Below are positions 15,876 to 23,814 of a DNA stretch of 31,307 bases, in pieces. Each line of letters starts with the position of its first letter. The first letter of the stretch is position 1. A program made the position numbers and the translations under genes. The notes under the pieces are model-generated. The model was not told where the DNA came from. It did not search any database and was given only the letters and a program-made list of their open reading frames with translations. Source of the stretch: an uncultured Spirochaetaceae bacterium (GTDB taxonomy: Bacteria; Spirochaetota; Spirochaetia; SZUA-6; DRHE01); the NCBI GenBank assembly GCA_964570045.1, contig CAZMWZ010000010.1:1-31307 (forward strand), read 5' to 3'.

Positions 15876-17786
15876 ATGGCCGACACGATCGCCAAGTTGG
15901 TGCGGGATTTCGTCACCAAACAGCCGGACCTGACGGTTCAGTGGGTCAAGGACCGGGGCGGGGAATTCCGCCCCGTGAGCTGGAAGGCTCTGTACCGGGA
16001 CGTGAGTTCCTTCGCCGCCGGCTTGAGCGGCGTGGGGGTGGAGCGGGGGGACCACGTCGGCATCATCTCCGACAACATGCCCGAGTGGCTGGTGGCCGAC
16101 CTGGCCATGCAGTGCATCGGGGCGGCCGACGTGCCCCGCGGCTCGGACTCGACGGCCATGGAGTTAGAGTACATCCTGGACCACGCCGAGTGCGCCGTCA
16201 GCCTGGCCGAAAACCAGGCGCAGCTGGAAAAAATCCTCTCGGTAAAAAAGTCGCTGAAAAAATTAAAAACCCTGATCGTCATGGATCCGGCTTTCAGCAA
16301 GGGCTCCCCCCGCAAGGACGGGGTGGGGATCTTAAGCTTCCGCGAGGTGCTGGATAAGGGTGGGGAGCTGCTCGCCCGCCAGCCGGACTTCGTGGAGAAG
16401 CAGATCGAGCGGAGCAAGCCGGAGGAGCTGGCGACGATCATCTACACCTCCGGGACAACGGGCGAGCCCAAGGGGGTGATGCTCTCCAACCGCAACTACA
16501 TGCACCAGATCCGCGCGCCGCACACCCCGCTGGAGATCACCTCGGATGACATCTTCCTATCCGTGCTGCCGGTCTGGCACTCCTACGAGCGGGCCATCGA
16601 GTACGTGGCGATCTTCGCCGGCTGCTCGATCGCCTATTCCAAGCTGGTGAGCCAGATCCTGATCGAGGACATGGCCAAGATCCGACCGACGATCTTCCCC
16701 TCGGTGCCGCGGATCTGGGAGGCGATCAAGCGCGGAATCCTGCGCAACATCGATTCCGAGGGCGGGCTCAAGTCCGCCCTGGCCCATTTCTTCATCGCGG
16801 TGGGCGCCGCTCATGCGAAGATGAGCACCCTGTTCCGGGGGCTAGCCCCCCGCTTCCGGCGACGGTCGGGTTTCCTGGACGCCCTGGCCTCCTGCCTGCC
16901 GCTGCTGCTGCTCACCCCGCTGAACATGCTGGGGCAGGCGCTGGTGTTCAGCAAGATCAAGCATCGCCTGGGCGGGCGTTTCCGCTTCGGGGTCTCGGGA
17001 GCCGGAGCCCTGCCGCGGCACGTGGACTCCTTTTTCGCGGCCGCGGGCGTGCTGCTGCTGGAGGGCTACGGCCTCACCGAGTCCGCCCCCATCGTCTCGG
17101 TGCGCGACTGCCGCCGGCCCGTTCCGGGGACGGTGGGCATCCCCGTGCCGGAGGTCGAGGTGAAGGTGCTCGACGAGCAGGGGCGGGAGCTTGAGCCGGG
17201 CCAGAAAGGAGTCCTGTATCTGCGCGGGCCCAACGTGATGATGGGCTATTACAAGAAGCCCGAGCTCACCGCCCAGACCGTTGACCGCGACGGCTGGCTC
17301 AACACCGGCGACCTGGTCGTGCTGACCCACAACCGCGAGATCCGCATCGTGGGCCGCGCCAAGGAGACCGTGGTGCTGCTGGGAGGGGAGAACGTGGAGC
17401 CCAGCCCGATCGAGGACGTGATCGGGGAGTCGGAGTACGTGGAACAGGTCATGGTGGTGGGCCAGGACCAGAAGTTCCTGGCGGCGCTGGTGGTGCCCAA
17501 CCTGGACACCGTCACGAAGTACGCGCAGGCCAACGGCGTCTCCTTCGCCGGCACCGCGGACCTGGTGGGCTGCGAGCCCATCAACAACCTCATCATGGAT
17601 GAGATCAACGAACGGGTCTCGCTCAAGCGGGGGTTCAAGCTCTTCGAGCGCGTGAACAAGGTGAAGCTCCTGGAGCGTCCCTTCGAGCGCGGCAAGGAGA
17701 TTACCCACACCCTGAAGCTCAAGCGCGACGTGATCAGCGAGCTGTACAAGAAGGAGATCGCGGAGCTGTTCAGGGAGCGGCGTTGA
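15876..17786 (+). CDS. long-chain-fatty-acid--CoA ligase (AMP-binding, FadD15/ACSL-like)
   Basis: IYTSGTTGEPKGVML, SVPRIWE, EGYGLTE, GWLNTGD, GGENVEP, TLKLKR. GGAGGAG SD before ATG 15876. Confidence 0.94.
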   Translation: MADTIAKLVRDFVTKQPDLTVQWVKDRGGEFRPVSWKALYRDVSSFAAGLSGVGVERGDHVGIISDNMPEWLVADLAMQCIGAADVPRGSDSTAMELEYILDHAECAVSLAENQAQLEKILSVKKSLKKLKTLIVMDPAFSKGSPRKDGVGILSFREVLDKGGELLARQPDFVEKQIERSKPEELATIIYTSGTTGEPKGVMLSNRNYMHQIRAPHTPLEITSDDIFLSVLPVWHSYERAIEYVAIFAGCSIAYSKLVSQILIEDMAKIRPTIFPSVPRIWEAIKRGILRNIDSEGGLKSALAHFFIAVGAAHAKMSTLFRGLAPRFRRRSGFLDALASCLPLLLLTPLNMLGQALVFSKIKHRLGGRFRFGVSGAGALPRHVDSFFAAAGVLLLEGYGLTESAPIVSVRDCRRPVPGTVGIPVPEVEVKVLDEQGRELEPGQKGVLYLRGPNVMMGYYKKPELTAQTVDRDGWLNTGDLVVLTHNREIRIVGRAKETVVLLGGENVEPSPIEDVIGESEYVEQVMVVGQDQKFLAALVVPNLDTVTKYAQANGVSFAGTADLVGCEPINNLIMDEINERVSLKRGFKLFERVNKVKLLERPFERGKEITHTLKLKRDVISELYKKEIAELFRERR

Positions 17787-17793
17787 GAAAGCC

Positions 17794-18186
17794 GTGAAGT
17801 CCCTCATCATCGACGATGAGCTCACCAGCCGCGAGCTGTTGAGCCTGATCCTGAAGCCGTACGGGCCCGTGGAGACGGCCAGCGACGGCCTGGAAGGCCT
17901 GAAGGCCTACAACCTGGCCCTGGGCCGGGAACCCTACGATTTGATCATGCTGGACATCATGCTGCCCAAGATGGACGGACAGCAGGTGCTGAAGTCCATC
18001 CGGCGCATCGAGCAGGAGCGCGGGGTGGTGGGCCCGGAGCAGGTGAGGATCGTGATGATCTCGGCGCTGGGGGATTTTTCCAACGTGAGCCAGGCCTTCG
18101 CCTCCGCCTGCACGAGTTACCTCACCAAGCCGATTCTGCCGGAGAAGGTCCGGGCCGAGCTGGCCAAACTCGGGTTCAGTGTATAA
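17794..18186 (+). CDS. single-domain response regulator (CheY-like)
   Basis: IIDDE, LDIMLPKMDG (phospho-Asp), ISA, YLTKP. Confidence 0.92.
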   Translation: MKSLIIDDELTSRELLSLILKPYGPVETASDGLEGLKAYNLALGREPYDLIMLDIMLPKMDGQQVLKSIRRIEQERGVVGPEQVRIVMISALGDFSNVSQAFASACTSYLTKPILPEKVRAELAKLGFSV

Positions 18187-18835
18187 GCTGCTGCTCGTCC
18201 CCGCCGCCTACCTGTACGCCTCGATCAACTGGGCCATGCTGATCACCCGCTGGGTGGCGGGGAAAGACATCCGCCTGCTGGGCACCGGCAACCCGGGAAC
18301 CGCGAACGTCGGCCGGCACCTAGGCAAGGGGTGGGGCGCCCTGGTCTACTTCCTGGACATCTCTAAAAGCCTCCTCCCGCTGGCCGCCGGGAGACTCTGG
18401 CTTTTCCCCGCCGCCGGGCCCTGGGACTACGCGGCCCTGGCCTTCACTGGGATCGCGGCCATCGCGGGCCACTGCCGCTCGCTGTTCCTCGGCTTTCGCG
18501 GCGGCGGCGGCATCGCCACCTCCATGGGGGTGTTCCTTTTTTTCATCCCGGTGGAGTTCCTCGCCGCGGTACTCCTTAGTTTCGCCGCGGTCCTGGTGTT
18601 CCGCCGCCGCGTTCGCTACCCCCTGGGGCAGTGGACGCCCATCCTTTTCGTCTCCCTCACCCCCTTCCTGACCCTGGCGCTGAACTGGGCGGTCCAAGTA
18701 CCCCTGCGGGGGCGGGTCCGCCTCGGGGCTCACCCCTGGTGGGAGGTGGCGGGGACGTTCGCTTTTTCGTTCTTCGTCCTGGCCATGAACTGGCGCTTAC
18801 TGGCCCGCAAGCTTGACGGGAGCGAAGGAATATAG
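18179..18835 (+). CDS. plsY: glycerol-3-phosphate acyltransferase PlsY
   Basis: DIRLLGTGNPGTANVGR, LDISK, GHC...F.GGGGIATSMG; hydrophobic. The C-terminal His motif of PlsY was not clearly seen. Confidence 0.82.
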   Translation: MYKLLLVPAAYLYASINWAMLITRWVAGKDIRLLGTGNPGTANVGRHLGKGWGALVYFLDISKSLLPLAAGRLWLFPAAGPWDYAALAFTGIAAIAGHCRSLFLGFRGGGGIATSMGVFLFFIPVEFLAAVLLSFAAVLVFRRRVRYPLGQWTPILFVSLTPFLTLALNWAVQVPLRGRVRLGAHPWWEVAGTFAFSFFVLAMNWRLLARKLDGSEGI

Positions 18836-18866
18836 TAGAATCGCTATATTAAATATTTTGATTCTA
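18813..18866 (+). promoter_or_regulatory. sigma70 promoter (TTGACG-N17-TAGAAT) overlapped by dyad-symmetry elements
   Basis: -35 at 18813-18818, -10 at 18836-18841. Inverted repeats AATATAG(18829-35)/CTATATT(18844-50) and TAGAATC(18836-42)/GATTCTA(18860-66). Confidence 0.65.
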
Positions 18867-18881
18867 ACTGAGGAGGGCAAG

Positions 18882-19166
18882 GTGCGCTTCACCCAGAAGG
18901 CGCAAGCCGAGATCGTCGAGGTGCTCAAGGAGAACAGCGGCAAAGTCCTACGCGTGCTGTTCAAGGGCTATGGGTGAGGGGGGCCCAAGTTGGGCCTGGC
19001 TCTGGAAGAGCCAAACGACCAGGACGAGAGCCTAAGCATCGGCGGTATCGAGGTCCGCGTGGAAAAGCGAGCCGCCGGCTTCGCGGCGCAGAGCGTCGTG
19101 GACTACGTCGACTCCGTGTGGGGCAAGGGTTTCACCATCCGCCCCGCCCAGGCAGACTGCTGCTAG
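18882..19166 (+). CDS. HesB/IscA-like selenoprotein (in-frame UGA at codon 32), 94 aa
   Basis: GAGGAGG SD, GTG start: MRFTQKAQAEIVEVLKENSGKVLRVLFKGYG-U-GGPKLGLALEEPNDQDESLSIGGIEVRVEKRAAGFAAQSVVDYVDSVWGKGFTIRPAQADCC*. TGA at 18975-18977 sits in the G-U-GGP motif. Absent from the ORF track. Confidence 0.9.
18982..19012 (+). promoter_or_regulatory. candidate bacterial SECIS element
   Basis: Hairpins GGCCCA-AGT-TGGGCC (18982-18996) and GGCTCT-GGA-AGAGCC (18998-19012). The second has a G-starting apical loop 26 nt after the UGA. Confidence 0.65.
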
Positions 19167-20029
19167 ATTCGCGCGCGGCCGCCGGGGGTATACCGCTGCA
19201 GGAAGTCCAGGACCTGCTCCCGGTGGCCGCTTCTGCCCTGCGCCTGCCATTTCGCTAGAAACGAGGCGTAGCCGTGCTTCAGCAGGCTGCGCATGCTGTT
19301 CTGGGTGGGCTCCGGGAGGTCCCAGTCCCGAAACAGCCGGTCGATGAAATCCTCCACCACCTCCTGATCGTATTGCGGGAATAGGGCCGTCAGCAGGAAC
19401 AGGGTGGGGGCCACGTCGAGGATGGAGTGCTGCTTGACCAGCAGGACCGCTTCCGTGATTCTCACGGCCTCCGCTCTCACCACCGCGAACATCCGTTCGA
19501 ACTCCGCCCCTTGCCGCCTGTGGCGGCGCAGGATGCGGGCGGCGCTCAAGTGGTTGTAGCAGATCAGCAGGATGTGCAGGCTGGGGATGCAGTGCAGGTG
19601 CGGGTCCAGCAGGTAGATGACCGCGAAGTACGGGCGCATGGGCAGCGGGGCCCGCGTGGTCGTGGTCGACTGGCAGCGCCGGTAGATCGCCCCCGCCTCC
19701 CGGTACAACAGGCAAACCTCCTCCATGGACTCCCGGATGTCGGGAAGGCAGCCCCGGCCGATCTGGTCGTAGCAGAAGCGCAGGGTCTTGAACCAGAAGG
19801 TGATGTAGCCCAGGTAGGTGAACACCTCCTGGGGGCGGAAGGGGATGTCCCGGTCCAGCGGATGCGAAAGACTGGCCACCGGGCGCAGCCAGGGCATGAG
19901 CAGGCTCTGGAACTGGGGCAGGAAGAAGTGGTCCAGCGCGTGCCACAGGAGGGACAAGCTGCGTTTCAGCAGGCGCCAATCGCCGAGGAGCATACGGGCC
20001 GCTTGCGAGGAAGGGATGTCGTGGATCAT
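19163..20029 (-). CDS. uncharacterised protein with PAP2-superfamily-like catalytic motifs, 288 aa
   Basis: 3' part of ORF 19163..21130, starting MIHDIPSS by TGATG coupling. Motifs HCIPSLHI and LLVKQHSILDV resemble the PAP2 C2/C3 motifs. Confidence 0.65.
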   Translation of the reverse strand: MIHDIPSSQAARMLLGDWRLLKRSLSLLWHALDHFFLPQFQSLLMPWLRPVASLSHPLDRDIPFRPQEVFTYLGYITFWFKTLRFCYDQIGRGCLPDIRESMEEVCLLYREAGAIYRRCQSTTTTRAPLPMRPYFAVIYLLDPHLHCIPSLHILLICYNHLSAARILRRHRRQGAEFERMFAVVRAEAVRITEAVLLVKQHSILDVAPTLFLLTALFPQYDQEVVEDFIDRLFRDWDLPEPTQNSMRSLLKHGYASFLAKWQAQGRSGHREQVLDFLQRYTPGGRARI

Positions 20030-21762
20030 CAGTCGCCGGCGAGGCTCGCTTGCAGTCGCTCGGCCCCCTGGCGGAAGGCCGCCGCCGCATTGCGGTAGGG
20101 GAAACCGACGACGACGCTCAGGCCCCCGTACGCCGTGTCGTGCAGAAAGCTGGTCAGCAGTTTGACATAGGCATCGCGCAACGGTCCGCCGGAGGAATCG
20201 CGGAACAGCAGCCGCTCCAGGTGCAAGGCCCGGACCACCATGGAGATCTGGCGGAAGACCACCGGCGCCAGCAGGCGCACCAGCTTGAGGTAGCGCGCCC
20301 GGTAGGCGGGGTCCTTCTCCAGCAGGCTGCGGATCTGGCGGCGCCGGTCGCGTACCGGCTGGCCGCGGGAGTTGCGGCGCCGCGGCACCAGCCCGGCGAC
20401 CAGGCGCACCACCGTGTCGGAGCGCAACAGCTTGTACAGGGCGAAGTAGAACAACAGCACCCCGCCGGGGTTGACCAAGGCGCGCTCGCGGGAGGCCAGT
20501 CGGTTCAGGGCCACCAGCAGCCGCCCCAGCTCGTGGTCCAGCGACCGGTCCGCGGGTCCGCCCGTCAGCCCCTGGGGCAGCCCCCGATGCTGCAGTGCGT
20601 CCTCCAGGAGGCGTATGACCTTGACCAGGGCCAGGCGCAGAGGGTCCCTGCGGGCCCGTTCGATCAGCTGCAGGCAGGCCTGGCGCTCCGACGGGCTGAA
20701 GGCGGGGGCGGGCGGTTCTCCGGGGGATTCCCGGTCCTCCGCCGGCCGGCCGACCAGGGTGGCCAGGTACTCGCCGAGGCGCTCCAGGTATTCCTGCGGG
20801 TCCTGCACGCGCCGGTGCCGGCACAGGTAACCCACCAGCAGCGGGGGCAGGGCGCGGGGCAGGGGCAGGTCGGCGGCAAGCCGGCTGAGGTGGCTCTCCA
20901 GCAGGTACTGCAGGGAGTCCAGCAGGAAGCGCTGGGCGTTCCTGCGCGCGGAGGGCTCGCCCCGCAGCAGGTTGAGCGCCGGGTCCTCGGGCACGAAGGC
21001 CAGGTCCGCAACCCGGGCGGTCTGGACAGGGTCTAGGCGCAGTTCCTCGGGCACGTTGCGGTTGTAGTTGCCGGCCACGTCCGTGGGATTGAACCCCGGC
21101 GGGGCCTCCGGCACGAAGCGGTTGTGCCACAGCTGCACGTCCCGGCCGGGGTACAGCGCGAACAGGCGGCGCAGGTAGGCCCCGGCGGCGGCGTGTGCCG
21201 TGGGTTCCGGGTTGGTCACCAGGACCAGGGTCTTCATGAACGGCAGGAAGGCGAGGTTCTCCTCATAGCCGGAACCGGCCGGCAGGTCGAAGATGACCAG
21301 GTCGTAGCTCTGCGCCAGCTCGGAGGCGAAGCGGCGGTAGATCAGCTCCAACAGCAGCAGGCTTTCGCCTTTGCCCAGCTTTGGGGCCGGGAACAGCAGG
21401 TCCAGGTGCCCGAAGATGTTGAGGGTGAAATCCGCCAAGCGCTTGCCGTCAGCCGAAAGACGCTCGGCGCCCAGGGCGGACTCGGACTCGGCCAGGTCCA
21501 GGAGGCTGGCCACGTCGGAGAGAGGGTCAAGATCCACCAGGGCGACGCGCAGGCCGCGTTGGCAGTAGTAGAGAGCCAGGTTCACGGCGGTGATGGTCTT
21601 GCCCACGCCGCCCTTCCCGGAGGCGATGGCCACCGAGCGGGCCGCCAGCCTCTGGAGACCGCCCTGCTGCCGCGCCTCCCGCAGCAGGCTTTCCACCTTC
21701 CTGCGGGATTCCTCGGGTACGGCTTCCAATTCGAGGATCTCTTCCGGTGCCATGGCTGCCAT
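20029..21762 (-). CDS. FlhG/MinD/ParA-family P-loop ATPase with a long C-terminal extension
   Basis: SVAIASGKGGVGKT, VDLD, FDLPAG, VTNPEPTA. AAGGAG SD, which may favour the alternative ATG at 21753. Confidence 0.82.
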   Translation of the reverse strand: MAAMAPEEILELEAVPEESRRKVESLLREARQQGGLQRLAARSVAIASGKGGVGKTITAVNLALYYCQRGLRVALVDLDPLSDVASLLDLAESESALGAERLSADGKRLADFTLNIFGHLDLLFPAPKLGKGESLLLLELIYRRFASELAQSYDLVIFDLPAGSGYEENLAFLPFMKTLVLVTNPEPTAHAAAGAYLRRLFALYPGRDVQLWHNRFVPEAPPGFNPTDVAGNYNRNVPEELRLDPVQTARVADLAFVPEDPALNLLRGEPSARRNAQRFLLDSLQYLLESHLSRLAADLPLPRALPPLLVGYLCRHRRVQDPQEYLERLGEYLATLVGRPAEDRESPGEPPAPAFSPSERQACLQLIERARRDPLRLALVKVIRLLEDALQHRGLPQGLTGGPADRSLDHELGRLLVALNRLASRERALVNPGGVLLFYFALYKLLRSDTVVRLVAGLVPRRRNSRGQPVRDRRRQIRSLLEKDPAYRARYLKLVRLLAPVVFRQISMVVRALHLERLLFRDSSGGPLRDAYVKLLTSFLHDTAYGGLSVVVGFPYRNAAAAFRQGAERLQASLAGD

Positions 21763-21813
21763 TACTCCTTATATCGGCGGTTGTGGTCAAGAGTGAATCC
21801 GGTTCTATCGACA

Positions 21814-23814
21814 ATGACCAATGAGAGCATGACGACCGAGAATCAAGAGCCCAACCAGGACAGGAACCGCATCCTGATCGTGGACGATGAGGCGCGCATG
21901 TGCCAGAGCGTTCGCGAGCTGCTGGCCGGCCAGGGCTGCCAGCTGGAAACCGCCGGGAGCGGGCGGGAGGCCCTGCGCCGGCTGGCGGAGCACAGCTACG
22001 ACCTGGTCCTGCTGGACCTGGTGTTGCCCGACGTGAGCGGGCAGGACGTGCTTTCCTTCATCCGGGAGCACTACCCGCAGCTGCTCACGATCGTGATCTC
22101 GGGGGTGGCCTCCATTGACGCCGCGGTGGCGGCCCTGCACTGCGGCGCCTACGACTACATCCGCAAGCCGGTGGAGGGGGAGGAGCTGCGCAAGCGGGTA
22201 GCCAACGCCCTGGAGCAGAAGCGCCTCATCCGGGAGAAGGCGGCCATCAACTGGGAGCTGGAGCAATCCCAGCGCAAGTACCGCTACCTGGTGGAGAACT
22301 CGCCGGACCTGATCTACACCCTGGACGAGCGCGGGCGCTTCACCTTCATCAACGACGCCTTCGAGCGCCTGCTGGGCTACCGGCGCGAGGAGGTGATCGG
22401 CCGGCACTACTCGGACATCGTGCTGCCCCAGGACGTGGAGAAGTCGCGGTTCGTGTTCAACGAGCGCCGCACGGGGGGCAGGGCCGCGGCCGGCCTGGAG
22501 CTGCGGCTGCTGCACGGGCCTTCGCCGCTGGAACCCCCGGACTTCCCGGTGGAGGTCAAGGCCCAGGGCATCTACGACCGGGAGACGGACCGCGAGGACA
22601 AGAACTTCCTGGGGACCTACGGCGTGGCCCGCGACCTGCGCGAGCGCAAGGCCCTGGAGAACCACCAGCAGCAGGTGGAGAAGATGGAAGCGGTGGGGAG
22701 GCTGGCGGGAGGGATCGCCCACGACTTCAACAACTTCCTGGCGGCCATCGTGGGCAACATCGCCCTGGCCAAGATGCACGCCCAGAGCGACCAGGAGATC
22801 CACTCGCGCCTGGAGCAGATGGAGAAGGCCACGATGCGGGCCCGGGATCTGACCCGCCAGCTCATTACCTTCGCCCAGGGCGGGCTGCCGATGAAGAAGG
22901 CCGGCCGGCTGGCGGAGCTGATCCGGGAAGCGGCCACCTTCGTGCTGCGGGGCTCCAACGTGCGCTGCCGGTACTTTTTCCCGGAGGATCTTTGGGCCGG
23001 GGAGTTCGATCCGGGGCAGATCACCCAGGTGGTTCAAAACCTGATCATCAACGCCAACCAGGCCATGCAGGAAGGCGGGATCATCAACGTGCGGGGGGAG
23101 AACGTCACGGTCGCGGAAAGCTACCCCCTGCCCCTGAAGCCGGGCCGCTACGTGCGGATCACCGTCGAGGACCACGGCTGCGGCATCCCGCAGGAGAACC
23201 TCTCCAAGATTTTCGACCCCTTCTTTTCGACCAAGAAGAACGGGCTGGGTTTCGGGCTGGCCACCTCCTACTCGATCATCAAGAGCCACGACGGGTACCT
23301 GACCGTGGAGTCCAGCGTGGGGGAGGGCACCCGCTTCTATTTCTTCCTGCCCGCCGCCGCCGCCGAGCTGCCGCCGCCCGAAGAGGGGACCAGGGAGAGG
23401 CTGTACCGCGGGCGGGGCCGCATCCTGGTCATGGATGACGACCGCTTCCTGCAGGACGTGTACAAGCGCCTTCTGGAGCGGTTGGGCTACTCGCCGGTGG
23501 TCGTGCCCGACGGAGAGCGGGCGCTGGCCAGCTACCGCCAGGCCCGGCAGGAGGGCCGGCCCTTCGCCGCCGTGATCATGGACCTGACCATCCCCGGCGG
23601 CATGGGCGGCAAGGAGGCGATCAAGCACCTGCTGGCCCTGGACCCGGACGCGGTGGCGATCATCGCCAGCGGCTACTCCAAGGACCCGGTGATGGGCCAC
23701 TACCGCGAGCACGGGTTCAAGGACCTGATCGAGAAGCCGTTCAGCAACCAGCGCCTGAGCGAGGTGCTCTGGAAAGCGGTGCGGGGCGGGGAGCCCCGCG
23801 GAACGCGCGCCTAA
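21814..23814 (+). CDS. hybrid sensor histidine kinase (REC-PAS-HisKA-HATPase-REC)
   Basis: ILIVDDE...LLDLVLP, PAS (YLVENSPDLIYTLD), H-box GIAHDFNN, N-box NLIINA, G-boxes DHGCGI/FDPFFSTK/GFGL, C-terminal MDDD...MDLTIP. Start 21814 or 21829. Confidence 0.93.
   Translation: MTNESMTTENQEPNQDRNRILIVDDEARMCQSVRELLAGQGCQLETAGSGREALRRLAEHSYDLVLLDLVLPDVSGQDVLSFIREHYPQLLTIVISGVASIDAAVAALHCGAYDYIRKPVEGEELRKRVANALEQKRLIREKAAINWELEQSQRKYRYLVENSPDLIYTLDERGRFTFINDAFERLLGYRREEVIGRHYSDIVLPQDVEKSRFVFNERRTGGRAAAGLELRLLHGPSPLEPPDFPVEVKAQGIYDRETDREDKNFLGTYGVARDLRERKALENHQQQVEKMEAVGRLAGGIAHDFNNFLAAIVGNIALAKMHAQSDQEIHSRLEQMEKATMRARDLTRQLITFAQGGLPMKKAGRLAELIREAATFVLRGSNVRCRYFFPEDLWAGEFDPGQITQVVQNLIINANQAMQEGGIINVRGENVTVAESYPLPLKPGRYVRITVEDHGCGIPQENLSKIFDPFFSTKKNGLGFGLATSYSIIKSHDGYLTVESSVGEGTRFYFFLPAAAAELPPPEEGTRERLYRGRGRILVMDDDRFLQDVYKRLLERLGYSPVVVPDGERALASYRQARQEGRPFAAVIMDLTIPGGMGGKEAIKHLLALDPDAVAIIASGYSKDPVMGHYREHGFKDLIEKPFSNQRLSEVLWKAVRGGEPRGTRA

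Noticed and set aside
18974-19258. 94-aa ORF in the track (MRGAQVGPG...)
   Set aside because: Wrong frame; the region is explained by the UGA-containing HesB-like gene 18882..19166.
20030-21130. N-terminal part of the 655-aa ORF 19163..21130
   Set aside because: Overlaps the ATPase gene in another frame with low-complexity sequence; the real start is ATG 20029.
21124-21813. N-terminal 230 codons of the 896-aa kinase ORF
   Set aside because: Antisense to the ATPase gene; the REC domain begins just after ATG 21814/21829.
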